Positions 20,326 to 31,161 of a stretch of 64,000 nt of DNA are shown here, piece after piece (position 1 is the stretch's first letter; every line of letters starts with the position of its first letter). The position numbers and the translations under genes are program-made. The stretch is from an uncultured cyanobacterium (lineage in GTDB: Bacteria > Cyanobacteriota > Cyanobacteriia > Phormidesmidales > Phormidesmidaceae). Location: the NCBI GenBank assembly GCA_963793265.1, contig CAWBZI010000002.1:448001-512000 (forward strand). Direction: 5' to 3'. The notes below the pieces were generated by a model. It worked only from the letters and a program-made list of their open reading frames with translations. It was not told the DNA's origin and did not search any database.

Positions 20326-21866
20326 CTAGCCTCTGACAACTGTTACCTGACGATGCTTAGGCGTTTCAACAACTTCCACGGTCGTTCGATCTTCTATTGG
20401 CGGTAGCCCACTACGGCGATCGAAAATAACTAGCCAGCCGGAGGCTGTTCCTAACCGGCTTAAGTAAGCATCCAACTGCACTAGCCCGGCTGACAGTGGA
20501 TCAGGTCTGCTATCTCGCCATACCTTCAGCTCAATTCCTAAGGTGACTTGGCCGTAACGCAAGCACAGATCCATCCGCCCACTGCCGAGCGCATATTCTC
20601 TTTCTAGGGTACCGCTACCGTTTACAACGCGATGAAAGAATGCCATCAGCACCAGATGAGGAGCAATTTCGTGGTAGGAAGCACTCCGCATCAGCGGTTC
20701 TCCATGCTGCCGCCAGAACTGTAAGAAGGCTTCTAGCAGTGCTTGCATATTAAGTTCACCCGATGGCGTTAGCCAGGTAGGTGAAATCTGTGGCAAAGAG
20801 GCCATTGGTGGCAGAGCAAGCACTCTCGGTAAAACTTCTCGATAGATCGGGTTCGCGATCGCCAGTCCACCCGCCGGACTCATCACACACAGCCCCAAAT
20901 CCAGCACGAACTGAATTCTTCATTAGACACCTCGCCTAGCTCCTGGCCTGCCAGCATCGGCTCAATAATCGCCCTTACCCTATCCTCCCGTAATCGCTCT
21001 GCCAAACTATCAAGGTGAGTGTCTTGTCGATGAATGAGGATCTCTTTAGCCTGTTCTACATAATCTAAAGTCAGGGCAACTGACGGATTAGGCGCAAGGA
21101 CTTCTACCATTTGTCTCGCCAAAGCATTAACTAGCCAGGGCTGTCCTTGAGTCAACTCGAAGGCTCGTTGTATCGCTTCGGGCGTAAACACCTGGCCAGT
21201 ATCAGCCGTGTGCTGCCCATAGAGACTAGCTACTTCTGACTGAGTAAAATTCCGCAGCGTCAGCGATTCAACTTTGATATTAAACGGGCTAGCACTGCCG
21301 AGCCTACGGCTCCCGCCAGAGGCAACCTTATAGTCTCTTACATCCCGCAAACCGATCAGCGCCAGTGAATGAGGAAAGCCACGAGGGCGGCGAGGATAGC
21401 CATCTCGCAACTGGCGCAGCACAGACACCAGGGCTTCATCCTGCAAAGCATCAATTTCATCTATAAACAAAACGATGGGTCGAGAACATTGACCAGCCCA
21501 TTGCTTAAGCACCTGACCAATAGACACGTCGGCTGGCCAGTCGGGTGGGTGCAGCTCAGGCGGTAGCCAAAAAGTCGCAGCATCCGACCAGGCGCGCAGG
21601 ATTGCCGCCGCTGCCTTATCAGGAGACTGAGAGTAGGCAGCGCCTACCTCGGTTGATACCATTAGCGCCGCATATTTACCTTGAGCTGTCAGTTGTTGAG
21701 CTAGCGTCAGCATTGCCGTGGTTTTACCCGTTTGGCGAGGCGCATGAATCACAAAATACCCCTCCTGCTCAATGATTCGAGCGACGGAGGGCAAGCGCTC
21801 TAAGGAAGGCAGCATGTAGTGAACTTCAGGCTTGCAGGGGCCAGCCGTATTAAACCAACGAGTCAT
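20326..21866 (-). pseudogene. AAA ATPase + C-terminal PD-(D/E)xK nuclease, split by a 1-nt frameshift near 20915
   Basis: FNTAGPC, Walker A APRQTGKTT, Walker B LFIDEID; second frame REYALGSGRMDL..GIELK..QLDAYL. Confidence 0.8.
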
Positions 21867-22050
21867 AGGCTTATAGGTCAAATGGGCGAGCAGTATGCTA
21901 ATACCTCTGGAGTTTTACACATGAATCGTGCTGTAGAACTTAATCAAGGTATCGAATTAAGCTACGCGATCGCTCGTCCGACTTGAGAGATAATCGCTAA
22001 AAACTAAGCAGCTCAAGCAATTCACAATCCACCTTAGTTTGTAAACCCGT

Positions 22051-22079
22051 TTGCAATATTTCGTTACATATGTTATAGT
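22051..22079 (+). promoter_or_regulatory. Sigma70-type psbA promoter
   Basis: TTGCAA-17 nt-TATAGT with extended TG. Confidence 0.65.
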
Positions 22080-22163
22080 TGGTACATACCGACGAGCAAA
22101 AGCAATCATTTTTCGTTCTTGCTCTGTCATATACATATTCACTTTCACCCCCGCAATCATTCC

Positions 22164-23255
22164 ATGGTTTCTACAACTAACACTCTTCAGCGGAGCCAAA
22201 GCGCTTCTCTGTGGGAGCAGTTTTGTCAGTGGGTCACAAGCACCGAAAACCGCCTCTATGTTGGCTGGTTCGGCGTCTTGATGATTCCTACACTACTCGC
22301 TGCTACCGCATGTTTCGTAATCGCGTTCATCGCTGCGCCTCCTGTGGACATCGACGGCATCCGTGAGCCTGTTGCAGGTTCATTGATGTACGGCAACAAC
22401 ATCATCTCTGGTGCGGTTGTACCTTCATCTAACGCAATCGGCCTCCACTTCTACCCCATCTGGGAAGCAGCTTCTCTTGATGAGTGGCTCTACAACGGCG
22501 GCCCTTACCAGCTGGTCATCTTCCACTTCCTCATCGGCGTCTTCTGCTACATGGGTCGTGAGTGGGAGCTATCCTACCGCCTCGGTATGCGTCCTTGGAT
22601 CTGTGTTGCTTACTCTGCGCCAGTCGCAGCGGCAACGGCAGTGTTCTTGATCTACCCCTTGGGTCAAGGTTCATTCTCTGACGGGATGCCTTTGGGTATC
22701 TCGGGTACATTCAACTTCATGTTGGTGTTCCAAGCAGAGCACAACATCTTGATGCACCCCTTCCACATGTTGGGAGTAGCTGGTGTATTCGGTGGTTCAT
22801 TGTTCTCAGCAATGCACGGCTCACTCGTAACCTCTTCGTTGGTACGTGAGACGACAGAAACTGAGTCACAGAACTACGGCTACAAGTTTGGTCAAGAAGA
22901 AGAGACATACAACATCGTTGCAGCGCACGGCTACTTCGGTCGTCTAATCTTCCAGTACGCCTCGTTCAACAACAGCCGTAGCCTCCACTTCTTGTTGGGT
23001 GCATGGCCAGTAGTTGGCATCTGGTTTACCGCTTTGGGCATCAGCACGATGGCGTTCAACCTGAACGGGTTCAACTTCAACCAGTCGATCATCGACTCAC
23101 AGGGTCGCGTGATTGGTAGCTGGGCAGACGTTCTGAACCGTGCCAACTTGGGTATGGAAGTGATGCACGAGCGCAACGCTCACAACTTCCCACTCGACTT
23201 GGCTGCTGGCGAAGCTGCACCTGTCGCACTCACGGCTCCTTCAATCGCTGCCTAG
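22164..23255 (+). CDS. psbA: Photosystem II D1 protein, standard oxygen-evolving form with Glu130 (D1:2-type)
   Basis: [48 protein letters not shown] + 16-aa extension. Confidence 0.99.
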   Translation: MVSTTNTLQRSQSASLWEQFCQWVTSTENRLYVGWFGVLMIPTLLAATACFVIAFIAAPPVDIDGIREPVAGSLMYGNNIISGAVVPSSNAIGLHFYPIWEAASLDEWLYNGGPYQLVIFHFLIGVFCYMGREWELSYRLGMRPWICVAYSAPVAAATAVFLIYPLGQGSFSDGMPLGISGTFNFMLVFQAEHNILMHPFHMLGVAGVFGGSLFSAMHGSLVTSSLVRETTETESQNYGYKFGQEEETYNIVAAHGYFGRLIFQYASFNNSRSLHFLLGAWPVVGIWFTALGISTMAFNLNGFNFNQSIIDSQGRVIGSWADVLNRANLGMEVMHERNAHNFPLDLAAGEAAPVALTAPSIAA

Positions 23256-23296
23256 TCTTCGGACACTGCTTTGATTGAGACAACTGAATAGAAAGA

Positions 23297-23331
23297 AAGC
23301 CCTCTGTACAGCAATGTATAGAGGGCTTCTT
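23297..23331. terminator. psbA terminator
   Basis: aagccctctgtaca-gcaa-tgtatagagggctt hairpin. Confidence 0.85.
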
Positions 23332-23398
23332 ACTGTACTCTCAGTCCCTCAAGAGGTGCTTCCGGTACTGGAGTTTAGTAAGCCATGGACAACGGTTC

Positions 23399-25171
23399 TC
23401 ACAAGCCTCCTGCTTTCTGTAGCGCATTTATATCGTTATTTTGATATATCGGAATCCGAACGTTCGCGATCGCCTTATGTTTTTCGGGCTCATTAGGAAC
23501 CTTGCTCATCAAATCCGCGGCCTGACCCCACAAATCAGCAATCTTTATCCAATCGTCAGAAGTCTTCGCTTCCTGACTCCAGATTGCAGTTTGTTCCGCA
23601 ATCTGAACTGCCCGAAGATAGTCAGCAACAATCTTTTTTTTACTGGCATATCCTAAATTGCTTGTATACGTGGCTATTTTTCTGTCTACATCGAGATAGT
23701 TTGGATCAGTCGCGGGAATCTCTTTCAACGTATCAATAGCACCCTGCCAAAGTTTCTCAACCCGTTGACAATCTTCTGAAGAGATATCTACTGGCTTGAT
23801 CTCTTCGGCGATAGTTACTTTTCTACTAATAAGTTGAGATGCCGCAAGCCCCTGCCTCAAAGCGCTAGTGTATAGTAGCCGGTTTTTGTACTCTTCTATC
23901 TTTCGTTCTGCTTTCGGCGCTGAAGTGTTTTCAGGGATAGCCCTGTCTAACACCTTAATAGCCTCTTGCCAATTGTCACTCGCAAAATCTAAGTTCTCAC
24001 CAGATAATCCTTCCGTCTGAAGCTCATCTTTTGCGACTTTCTCAAGCCTGTCTGCCGCTACAAGTGCATCCCTGATGGTTTTATCTTCAGCGCTTAGATC
24101 ATAACCTTGGGCTGGATCAAGCTTACCGCCCTCAATGACATTGCCTTTACTTGAGTTGTTGGCAAAAGAGCGTTCGGAGCTGTTACTTAATAAGAACCCA
24201 TACATTCCGCCTAAAGCGATGACTAAGCATGTTCCCATTATTAAGATGAAAGGATATCGTTTTCTACTTTCGGACAGTGAGAGCAAAAGACTGTTGCTTG
24301 CTAATAGGCTTTTTTCTGTGCTTGGTGAATTTGTTACAACTGCTAGCGGTAGGTTTCGATCAAAGGGGTTTGTGCCGATGCTTGGATGCTGTTTGTGGTT
24401 AGTCGCTTTCTTCACATTCTCACGAACGTATTCAAACAGCTCTCCTACAGTGACAAAACCATTGTTATCTCTATCAGCTTCGCCTCTCAGTCCCTTTAGC
24501 AAGTAGTGGGTAAAGACACCATGTCCGCCTCCCCATTTTGCATCTTCAAAAGAGACTTCGTGAGCTTCTGCTGAAGTTAGCAAGGCTGTGCCGCCTCGGG
24601 CAGTGCTAATTTCCTTTAAGTAGCGATTAATGAGGGCTGCACTTTCCTCAATTCCCCGGCTTCGCATGCCACCACCGATGGCTGCACTATGGCAAGTGTC
24701 AGCTAAGATGATGACTTTTTCTGAGAGTAAAGTATCTTTCAGAGCACGGTTGATGTCTCCAACCGGGAGCGCGGTGCCAGCAATATCTTTCGGATTGGTA
24801 TCATGGGTAAGGAGATAGACATTTTCTGGGCGCTCTGGGTCGGGTGCGCCGTGGCAGGCAAAGTAAATGAGCACTAGATCTTCTCGGGCGGGCTTTTTTA
24901 GGAACGCACGTAAGGCTTGAATGACGTTAGCTGTAGTAGCAGACTTATTGGTAAGTTTGCAAACAAAATCTTTTTGAAAATGGCCTCCGCGAGGTGTGAG
25001 CAGCAGTTGATATAGTTCTTCAGCATCGCGATCGGCATATCTCAGATTAAGGCTGGCAACCTGATATTTCGAGATACCGACAATAATTGCCCACCGATTA
25101 AATTTTTCTGGCTCAGAAGGCAGCGCTGACTCTATCAGCGCAATGTCGCGGGAGGAAGAGTGTTCAGACAT
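23399..25171 (-). CDS. Caspase-family (peptidase C14) protein with TM helix and helical C-terminal domain
   Basis: AIIVGISKY, LRYADRDA, FACHG and ADTCHS dyad, HGVFTHYLLKGL; TM FILIMGTCLVIALGGMYGFLL. Confidence 0.88.
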   Translation of the reverse strand: MSEHSSSRDIALIESALPSEPEKFNRWAIIVGISKYQVASLNLRYADRDAEELYQLLLTPRGGHFQKDFVCKLTNKSATTANVIQALRAFLKKPAREDLVLIYFACHGAPDPERPENVYLLTHDTNPKDIAGTALPVGDINRALKDTLLSEKVIILADTCHSAAIGGGMRSRGIEESAALINRYLKEISTARGGTALLTSAEAHEVSFEDAKWGGGHGVFTHYLLKGLRGEADRDNNGFVTVGELFEYVRENVKKATNHKQHPSIGTNPFDRNLPLAVVTNSPSTEKSLLASNSLLLSLSESRKRYPFILIMGTCLVIALGGMYGFLLSNSSERSFANNSSKGNVIEGGKLDPAQGYDLSAEDKTIRDALVAADRLEKVAKDELQTEGLSGENLDFASDNWQEAIKVLDRAIPENTSAPKAERKIEEYKNRLLYTSALRQGLAASQLISRKVTIAEEIKPVDISSEDCQRVEKLWQGAIDTLKEIPATDPNYLDVDRKIATYTSNLGYASKKKIVADYLRAVQIAEQTAIWSQEAKTSDDWIKIADLWGQAADLMSKVPNEPEKHKAIANVRIPIYQNNDINALQKAGGL

Positions 25172-25293
25172 GGTTCTGCCTTAGTCTAACTTCGTCACTA
25201 GCTTAAACTGCTCTGAACGTGTAAAAATGTAAGAAATTCTGTGGAAAACTGATATCTTCATATCTCTTGTGTCCATACGCTAGGAGCAATGAC

Positions 25294-26196
25294 ATGGCTT
25301 TCCCCCTCCAAGAACGATACGTCAACCTTCTTACAGACTTCGGTTTTAAGCGCGTATTTGGAGAGGAACCAAACAAGCAACTGCTGATTAACTTTCTCAA
25401 CACGCTCCTACCCGCTCACCACCAAATTCAAACGCTGTCCTACAAAACTACCGAAAACCTCGGCATCACGCCATTAGACCGCAAAGCTATCTTTGACATC
25501 TATTGCCAGGGGCAAAACGGCGATCGCTTCATCGTAGAGCTTCAAAAAGCCAAGCAAAACTTCTTCAAAGACAGGAGCGTCTTTTACGCCAGCTTCCCCA
25601 TTCAAGAGCAAGCCCTTAGAGGCGAATGGAACTTTAAGCTCGCGCCCGTTTACTCCATCGGCATTCTCGACTTTGTATTCGATGACCATCAGCACGAAGA
25701 CACTATTGTCCATACCGTAAAGCTCAAAGATCAGAACTGTCAGGTTTTCTACGACAAGCTGACCTTTATTTACGTCGAGCTGCCAAAATTTGACAAAACG
25801 CTAGAGCAGCTCACTTCACAGCAAGACAAGTGGCTATATCTATTCAGGCATCTACCCGAGCTAGACGATTTGCCTCGTCCCTTCCAAGATTCGGTTTTTC
25901 TACAGCTCTTTGAAATTGCCGAGATCGCCAAGCTCTCTCGCATCGAGCAAGACAATTATCAGAACAGTCTAAAATACTACCGCGACATGAATAACGTGAT
26001 TGATACTGCTCGCATGGAAGGAGAAGCGATGGGTATCGAGCAAGGCATTGAGCAAGGTATTGAGCAGGGCCGCAAGCTAGAGAAAATTGCGATCGCCCGC
26101 ACTCTCCTCAGCAGCCTCCCTGTAGAAGCCATCAGCCAAACAACCGGCCTAACCATCGATGAGGTTGAGCAATTGAGCCGCAGTTCTGAAAATTAG
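25294..26196 (+). CDS. Rpn family recombination-promoting nuclease (second copy)
   Basis: TDFGFKRVFG, FDIYC..FIVELQ, YVELPKF, GIEQ x3, ISQTTGL. Confidence 0.9.
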   Translation: MAFPLQERYVNLLTDFGFKRVFGEEPNKQLLINFLNTLLPAHHQIQTLSYKTTENLGITPLDRKAIFDIYCQGQNGDRFIVELQKAKQNFFKDRSVFYASFPIQEQALRGEWNFKLAPVYSIGILDFVFDDHQHEDTIVHTVKLKDQNCQVFYDKLTFIYVELPKFDKTLEQLTSQQDKWLYLFRHLPELDDLPRPFQDSVFLQLFEIAEIAKLSRIEQDNYQNSLKYYRDMNNVIDTARMEGEAMGIEQGIEQGIEQGRKLEKIAIARTLLSSLPVEAISQTTGLTIDEVEQLSRSSEN

Positions 26197-27128
26197 GGCT
26201 TCGGTGTAACAACGTACTTTGACAAATCTGAGCCTGCGGGCAACGGCTCTAGCTCGCCTCGATTCTCAAGCACCTGATAGATGAATGAGGCCGTTTCGCC
26301 TCGGGTGATGGGTTGATTGGGATTCAGCAGGTTAGGATCTGGGTAGTTGACGATTAGGCCCGATTCGGTTGCGATCGCCACTTCATCACGCGCATACTCA
26401 GGAATCTGGTCGGCATCATCATAATATTCACTCAAATCCAAGGGCACCTGAGCGCCCGCGTCTGGATTAGTGCCATCGGCTTGAGCACTCGGCGGCGCAG
26501 CCTGAGCGGGAGAGGCCGCTTGAGCAGACGGCGCAAATAGCTGCATTACCGTGGTTGCAGCTAGTGGAAACATCAATGGATTAGATGCTTTTTGTCGTCG
26601 AACCGGCTGCACAGGCTCGGCGGCAGCGGGCACGGCTACGACAGTGGGCGCATTCGCCAATAGCTGCTCAGAGCCTAGCCCTTCGACTAAAGCAACAATG
26701 GCATTAGCTCGGGTGATATCTGTTTTGGGCGCAAACTGATCGGGCGCTGGCGTACCTAGAAAGCCGCCTTCGTATGCTTCTTCAATCGCATCGTTGGCCC
26801 AGTAGCCTTCGGGCACGTCTTCAAAGGTACTCGCCTGCGGAATAGCCTTGACGGGTTCAGCATCAAAAGCCTGTCGAATAACGGCCGCGTATTCGTCACG
26901 ATCAATGGCCTGCTGGGGTCGAAAAGTACCGTCGGGATAGCCGGTGAGAATGTCGGCCTCGCTGAGCTGCATGATGTAGGGTTGAGCCCAGTAGTCAGTA
27001 GGCACGTCAGGGTAGGTCGTTTGGGCCTCTGCGGAGAGCAGTAGGGCACCGGGGAGGAGGGCGATCGCACCTATCCCGGCAATTGCAGCCACCACTTTCT
27101 GGGTAGACCAGTCCTGTTCTGACATCAT
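26193..27128 (-). CDS. S-layer homology (SLH) domain protein
   Basis: Signal-like N-terminus; YPDVPTDYWA, GYPDGTFRPQQAIDR, FEDVPEGYWA, PITRGE. Confidence 0.9.
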   Translation of the reverse strand: MMSEQDWSTQKVVAAIAGIGAIALLPGALLLSAEAQTTYPDVPTDYWAQPYIMQLSEADILTGYPDGTFRPQQAIDRDEYAAVIRQAFDAEPVKAIPQASTFEDVPEGYWANDAIEEAYEGGFLGTPAPDQFAPKTDITRANAIVALVEGLGSEQLLANAPTVVAVPAAAEPVQPVRRQKASNPLMFPLAATTVMQLFAPSAQAASPAQAAPPSAQADGTNPDAGAQVPLDLSEYYDDADQIPEYARDEVAIATESGLIVNYPDPNLLNPNQPITRGETASFIYQVLENRGELEPLPAGSDLSKYVVTPKP

Positions 27129-27353
27129 AATTTTTATTCCTTTAACTGTTAACCGACAATCTATTTACAACAGAAGCTAGCGCTATATTGGTTCAGTTTC
27201 ATCACTCTATAGAAAGGCATATCAACAATATGAAGTGTATATTTGTAAAAAGTTTTTAAAAGATCAACAGCTTATTCCAAAAGGCAGACTTCTACACGCT
27301 ATTGAGCACATTAGAGTTGAGCGCATAAGGTCAAAACGCAAAAGGATACCCGT

Positions 27354-27977
27354 ATGTCATACGCTGAAGGGTCGCGATCGCCCCTACCAACAATCTCTGA
27401 GCCCGCTGTCTCTCCGGCGGCAGTGCCGGTTGCCGAGTATCATGACCGCGTTCGCTGGGGGCCAATTTTAGCCGGGCTGATGATCGCTACCGTGTCGCAG
27501 CTTATGCTGAGCGCTTTGGGCGCTGTAATTGGCCTAGCGGCAGTTGGCAGCGCTGATGCATCGACAGCCGGGACGCTGGCGGCTGTTTGGGCAATCTTCA
27601 GTCTGTTGCTTTCCCTATTTTTGGGCGGCTGGATGATGGCCAGAACGTGCGGCCCTATGCGCAAAAAATCTGCTCTGCTGAATGGAACAATATTGTGGGC
27701 AGCGATGCTAGCGCTCGGCGTTTGGCTATTAACGAGCGGCATTTCTGGAACTGTGGGCTTAGCAGCGACAACTGCGGGTTCGGCAGCCGGTGCGATCGCC
27801 CAAACCGTTGACGGAAGCGACCTGCCAGATTCCGCTGCGGCTTTACCCGATGCTCAAGCCGCACAGCAGTATGCAGCAAACGCCGGTAGAGCGGGTCTAA
27901 CCTTCTTATTTGGCTCTCTGTTGAGCTGGGCATCGACGTTAATAGGCTCTGTGGTTGGTGCAAAAGCGCCTCAATAG
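27354..27977 (+). CDS. Hypothetical multi-pass membrane protein (general-stress type)
   Basis: DRVRWGPILAG motif; four TM helices. Confidence 0.7.
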   Translation: MSYAEGSRSPLPTISEPAVSPAAVPVAEYHDRVRWGPILAGLMIATVSQLMLSALGAVIGLAAVGSADASTAGTLAAVWAIFSLLLSLFLGGWMMARTCGPMRKKSALLNGTILWAAMLALGVWLLTSGISGTVGLAATTAGSAAGAIAQTVDGSDLPDSAAALPDAQAAQQYAANAGRAGLTFLFGSLLSWASTLIGSVVGAKAPQ

Positions 27978-28044
27978 CCAAAATTCCAGCGTTCTTATCC
28001 GTCCGTCCTTATCTGTCCATTTATGATGATTTCATGTCAAATAA

Positions 28045-28073
28045 TTGACACCGCTTAACCGTAACGATACGCT
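28045..28073 (+). promoter_or_regulatory. Sigma70-type promoter of structured leader, copy 1
   Basis: TTGACA-17 nt-TACGCT. Confidence 0.65.
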
Positions 28074-28079
28074 AGTTTT

Positions 28080-28275
28080 CATAGCTGTTATTAGCACTCA
28101 TCTGATACGTAACAGCTAAACCGCCCCGAAAAATTAGCCGCTGACGATGACTGCTCGAACAGTCACCGCCAGCTCGCCCTCAGACCGATCCAACCGGTCA
28201 GCGGGTTGTGGCGATTATGCCACAACCACCCTGACTTATGGCAAGTTGCGGGTGGCTTTTTTTTCGAGCGGCTTT
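28080..28275 (+). ncRNA. Putative structured leader RNA/attenuator, copy 1
   Basis: Five hairpins plus a long-range helix; same architecture with covariation at 44358-44552. Confidence 0.6.
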
Positions 28276-28666
28276 CTTAAACCCCTCATTGGAGAGCCCC
28301 TTGAAATCCATAATTCTCTTGACTGGCCGGCCTTCTAAAGGTCAGCCACAGCCTCTAGCACCCACTCAACAAACTATCTCCGAAAATCTCAACCCGCTCC
28401 CGCAGCTCACCACCTCCGGCACCCCGCAAAAGAAATCCGTTCGCCATATTCTGCTAGGCGAACCCGACGCCATCCGCCAAACCATTCACTTGTTGCATAC
28501 GCTGCACTACACCGAAACCATCTTGTGGAGCCCCGTTTTGACCATTGAAGAGCCATTGATAATGACGCCAATAGATACTTGCAATACAACCAGTCTGAGC
28601 CTTTTAATCGCTACAGAAAATCCAAAGAAAGCTAGAAACAACTGCAACAGCAGCGGCGTACCCTAA
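28238..28666 (+). CDS. Small hypothetical protein, paralog of 44588-44833 (start uncertain)
   Basis: VRHILLGEPDAIRQTIHLLHTLHYTETILWS aligns with VTHTIRGTLRAVQATIHTLFRLNYAEPNDWS. Confidence 0.55.
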   Translation: MASCGWLFFRAAFLNPSLESPLKSIILLTGRPSKGQPQPLAPTQQTISENLNPLPQLTTSGTPQKKSVRHILLGEPDAIRQTIHLLHTLHYTETILWSPVLTIEEPLIMTPIDTCNTTSLSLLIATENPKKARNNCNSSGVP

Positions 28667-28765
28667 AAAAACTCAACGTAAACCCAACTATTGATAAAAA
28701 TGCGAGATAGCGTAAAGCCGTCCATGAGCTTTGGCCTAATGTCTTTTGACTGTTTTTACTTAATT

Positions 28766-28799
28766 AAAAAGGCAACCGTAACTGATTACGGTTGCCTTT
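28766..28799. terminator. Intrinsic terminator (U-tract on minus strand)
   Basis: aaaaaggcaaccgtaa-ctga-ttacggttgccttt. Confidence 0.85.
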
Positions 28800-28860
28800 G
28801 CATGAGACGGATGCGCTATGCGGATACGCTGCTCTTTTATACTGATTGTTCTCTTTTGCG

Positions 28861-29160
28861 TTAGAACATGTAGCGCTTCTCTAACCAGCTCCGCAGTTCT
28901 GTTTCTGAGGCATTGCGAATGATTTTGTCAGAGGCTCTATCATTCGCATTCCAAATAGTTTGACCGCTGGCATCCTGAGTACTCCAAATATAGGGATCAG
29001 AGGAGCCGCAGAGCTGATAGGCTAACGTCTGTAGCAGCGTGTTGAGTCGAGATTTTAAGCTCCTCTGCGTCGAAATAGGAGAATTGGTTGAGTGGAAAGG
29101 CCAGAAAGCGCTATAGCTTGCTTGACGATTTGAGGGGTAGTAAGCACAGTTGTTGATCAT
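28861..29160 (-). CDS. Conserved-type cyanobacterial hypothetical protein
   Basis: AGGAG upstream of ATG; PYIWSTQDASGQTIWNAND...SETELRSWLEKRY. Confidence 0.65.
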   Translation of the reverse strand: MINNCAYYPSNRQASYSAFWPFHSTNSPISTQRSLKSRLNTLLQTLAYQLCGSSDPYIWSTQDASGQTIWNANDRASDKIIRNASETELRSWLEKRYMF

Positions 29161-29338
29161 AAAAGAATCTCCTTCTTGACTAAGAGAATAGATATTTTCT
29201 ATTTCTTTGGAACATCTATATAGTAAGAAAACGTAGCGAATGATACCAAAAGTAGATCGCATCTTTTGCATGAGCAAGTAGCATGAAAAGACCACCCCTC
29301 GGACAGATTGAACGGCTGATGGTTCTAATTCACTGCCT

Positions 29339-30424
29339 TTATTGAACCCGCACAACCTCAAGATTTCGTTGAGCCAAAGTCTCTTCAAATAGCTCAGTCG
29401 ATAGCGATTGTTCTACCGGCCAAATTCCCGGTTTTGTCAGCCGACCTGAGAGAATAAGCTGCGCGATCGCCCCTGTCCCACTGCCTGCACAGTACGCCGT
29501 ATCCTCATGATCTAGCGTAGAAATATAACTCGCAGGCTTACCATCTTTCTCCCCTTCAATCAGCATTCGCATCGCAATTCCAACCCCCGTACGCGGGTCA
29601 GTCACCTCAGTCATGCGATAGCTAATTTTCGCCAGCGCCTCTATCACCTTAGGACTATTCAAAAAGCCCCTCGGCGCACGAGCCATCAGCCAGGTGAGGC
29701 GATTGTAATAGTCAGGCACAGAGCCAAACTTTGTCACAATCGTTTTCAGCTCAGGAAACGTATCGGCCACCGTTAGCGCCTCAATCGTGTTGAACCAATA
29801 CACGCCACCCTTGCCATAGCGCGGAAACTCAATCACTTCTCTTTCGCTATAGGGTGCGATCGCCCGCCACTTTCCCTTAATCTTCGACATAAACGGCGTT
29901 TGCAATTCAATAAACGTCGTCCGCATCACCGTCACACCCGCCCCACCTGAGCCCGCCACCAAATAGCTCAGGTGCACCTTTTCAGCTTTGTCTAGCTGCT
30001 CAATTCCCTGGCGCACCATACTCCCCGAGATTCCAGGAAAAATGCCCGTCGCCACAATCGCCGTCACGCCTGCATCCTGCGCCTTTTGCCGGTACGTTAG
30101 CGCCTTGTTCACATAGTCGGGGCTATCGGCCACATCCACATAGGGTTTGCCCTGTTCAATGCAGCTCAGCAGCACGTGATGATTGCGGCTGCGGAAAGGC
30201 CCAGCGCAGTGAATGATTAAATCGTATGGCGCGATCGCCGCTACCACTGCCGCCTCATCCGTCAAATCCAAAGGCCGATAAGACTGCCGCTCAGAAAGAT
30301 CGAACGCCGCCGCCGCCATCCTGCCGGTCACCGTCACCTCAGCGTCCGTATGCCTCAGCACATCAGCCGCCACGCTCCGACCAATCCGACCATTGCCGCC
30401 AATCACCAAAACCTGCTGCACCAT
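29339..30424 (-). CDS. Saccharopine dehydrogenase-like NAD(P)-binding oxidoreductase
   Basis: VIGGNGRIG, IHCAGPF, YVDVAD, TGIFPGIS. Confidence 0.88.
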   Translation of the reverse strand: MVQQVLVIGGNGRIGRSVAADVLRHTDAEVTVTGRMAAAAFDLSERQSYRPLDLTDEAAVVAAIAPYDLIIHCAGPFRSRNHHVLLSCIEQGKPYVDVADSPDYVNKALTYRQKAQDAGVTAIVATGIFPGISGSMVRQGIEQLDKAEKVHLSYLVAGSGGAGVTVMRTTFIELQTPFMSKIKGKWRAIAPYSEREVIEFPRYGKGGVYWFNTIEALTVADTFPELKTIVTKFGSVPDYYNRLTWLMARAPRGFLNSPKVIEALAKISYRMTEVTDPRTGVGIAMRMLIEGEKDGKPASYISTLDHEDTAYCAGSGTGAIAQLILSGRLTKPGIWPVEQSLSTELFEETLAQRNLEVVRVQ

Positions 30425-30451
30425 CTCACCCAACCTCAACCGATATTTCTG

Positions 30452-30480
30452 CGGAGGGCGCAAAGCCTTGCGCCCCTACA
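30452..30480 (-). repeat. GTAG-type REP-like palindrome, copy 1
   Basis: Reverse complement tgtaggggcgcaaggctttgcgccctccg; near-identical copy at 41435. Confidence 0.7.
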
Positions 30481-30509
30481 CATCAACCCTACCGATGCAG
30501 GCTGGCTGC

Positions 30510-30947
30510 TCACATCCCCAAATCGGCTAAAATATCTTCCGCGTGCGTCTCAGTATTGATGCTGTCGTACACCTTCTTAATCACGCCCTTTCCGTCTATT
30601 ACAAAAGTCACACGCTTAGACTTACCGCTACCCTCTACTTCATAAGCCTGAGAAATAGTGCCCTCATCATCAACAATCAAAGGAAATGGCAGATCGAACT
30701 TCTCTTTGAACGCCTGGTGAGAAGCCTCATCGTCATGGCTTACGCCCAAAACAACAATATCTTTGCCGCCATAGGCTTCATAAGAATCGCGAAAGCTGCA
30801 AGCCTGCTTAGTACAGCCCGGCGTGTCGTCTTTAGGATAAAAGTAGAGGACAATCGTCTTGCCCTCAAAATCCGATAGTGATACGGAATTGCCCGCATCG
30901 TCTTTAGCCGTAAAGTTAGGGGCCGTAATACCTGCTGAAAGCGCCAT
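30510..30947 (-). CDS. Peroxiredoxin Q / BCP
   Basis: LYFYPKDDTPGCTKQACSFRD. Confidence 0.95.
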   Translation of the reverse strand: MALSAGITAPNFTAKDDAGNSVSLSDFEGKTIVLYFYPKDDTPGCTKQACSFRDSYEAYGGKDIVVLGVSHDDEASHQAFKEKFDLPFPLIVDDEGTISQAYEVEGSGKSKRVTFVIDGKGVIKKVYDSINTETHAEDILADLGM

Positions 30948-31161
30948 GAACAATTCTCCTAGTAGGGTCTATAAATCTGGATAACGCCAGATTTGAATGG
31001 GCCTCAGTGATTCTATCAAGACACCGCACCTAAGTGGCACATTCTATCGCGCTGGAATAAGACACTCTGTAGCTTTGGAGGTGTATAGCTCATCCCGACG
31101 AAAGGTAACATAGGAACTCTAGCGCTTTATCACCCCTCCATATCTCCGTCCTTAGCCGCTT

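Noticed and set aside
22035..22080. HLR1 (RpaB) direct repeat in the psbA promoter
   Set aside because: Half-sites such as gttacata are present, but I could not place two at the canonical 2-nt spacing.
22164..23255. Atypical (rogue or ChlF-type) D1
   Set aside because: The Mn-cluster ligand motifs (SDG, AEH, HE, DLA) and the C-terminal processing site are canonical.
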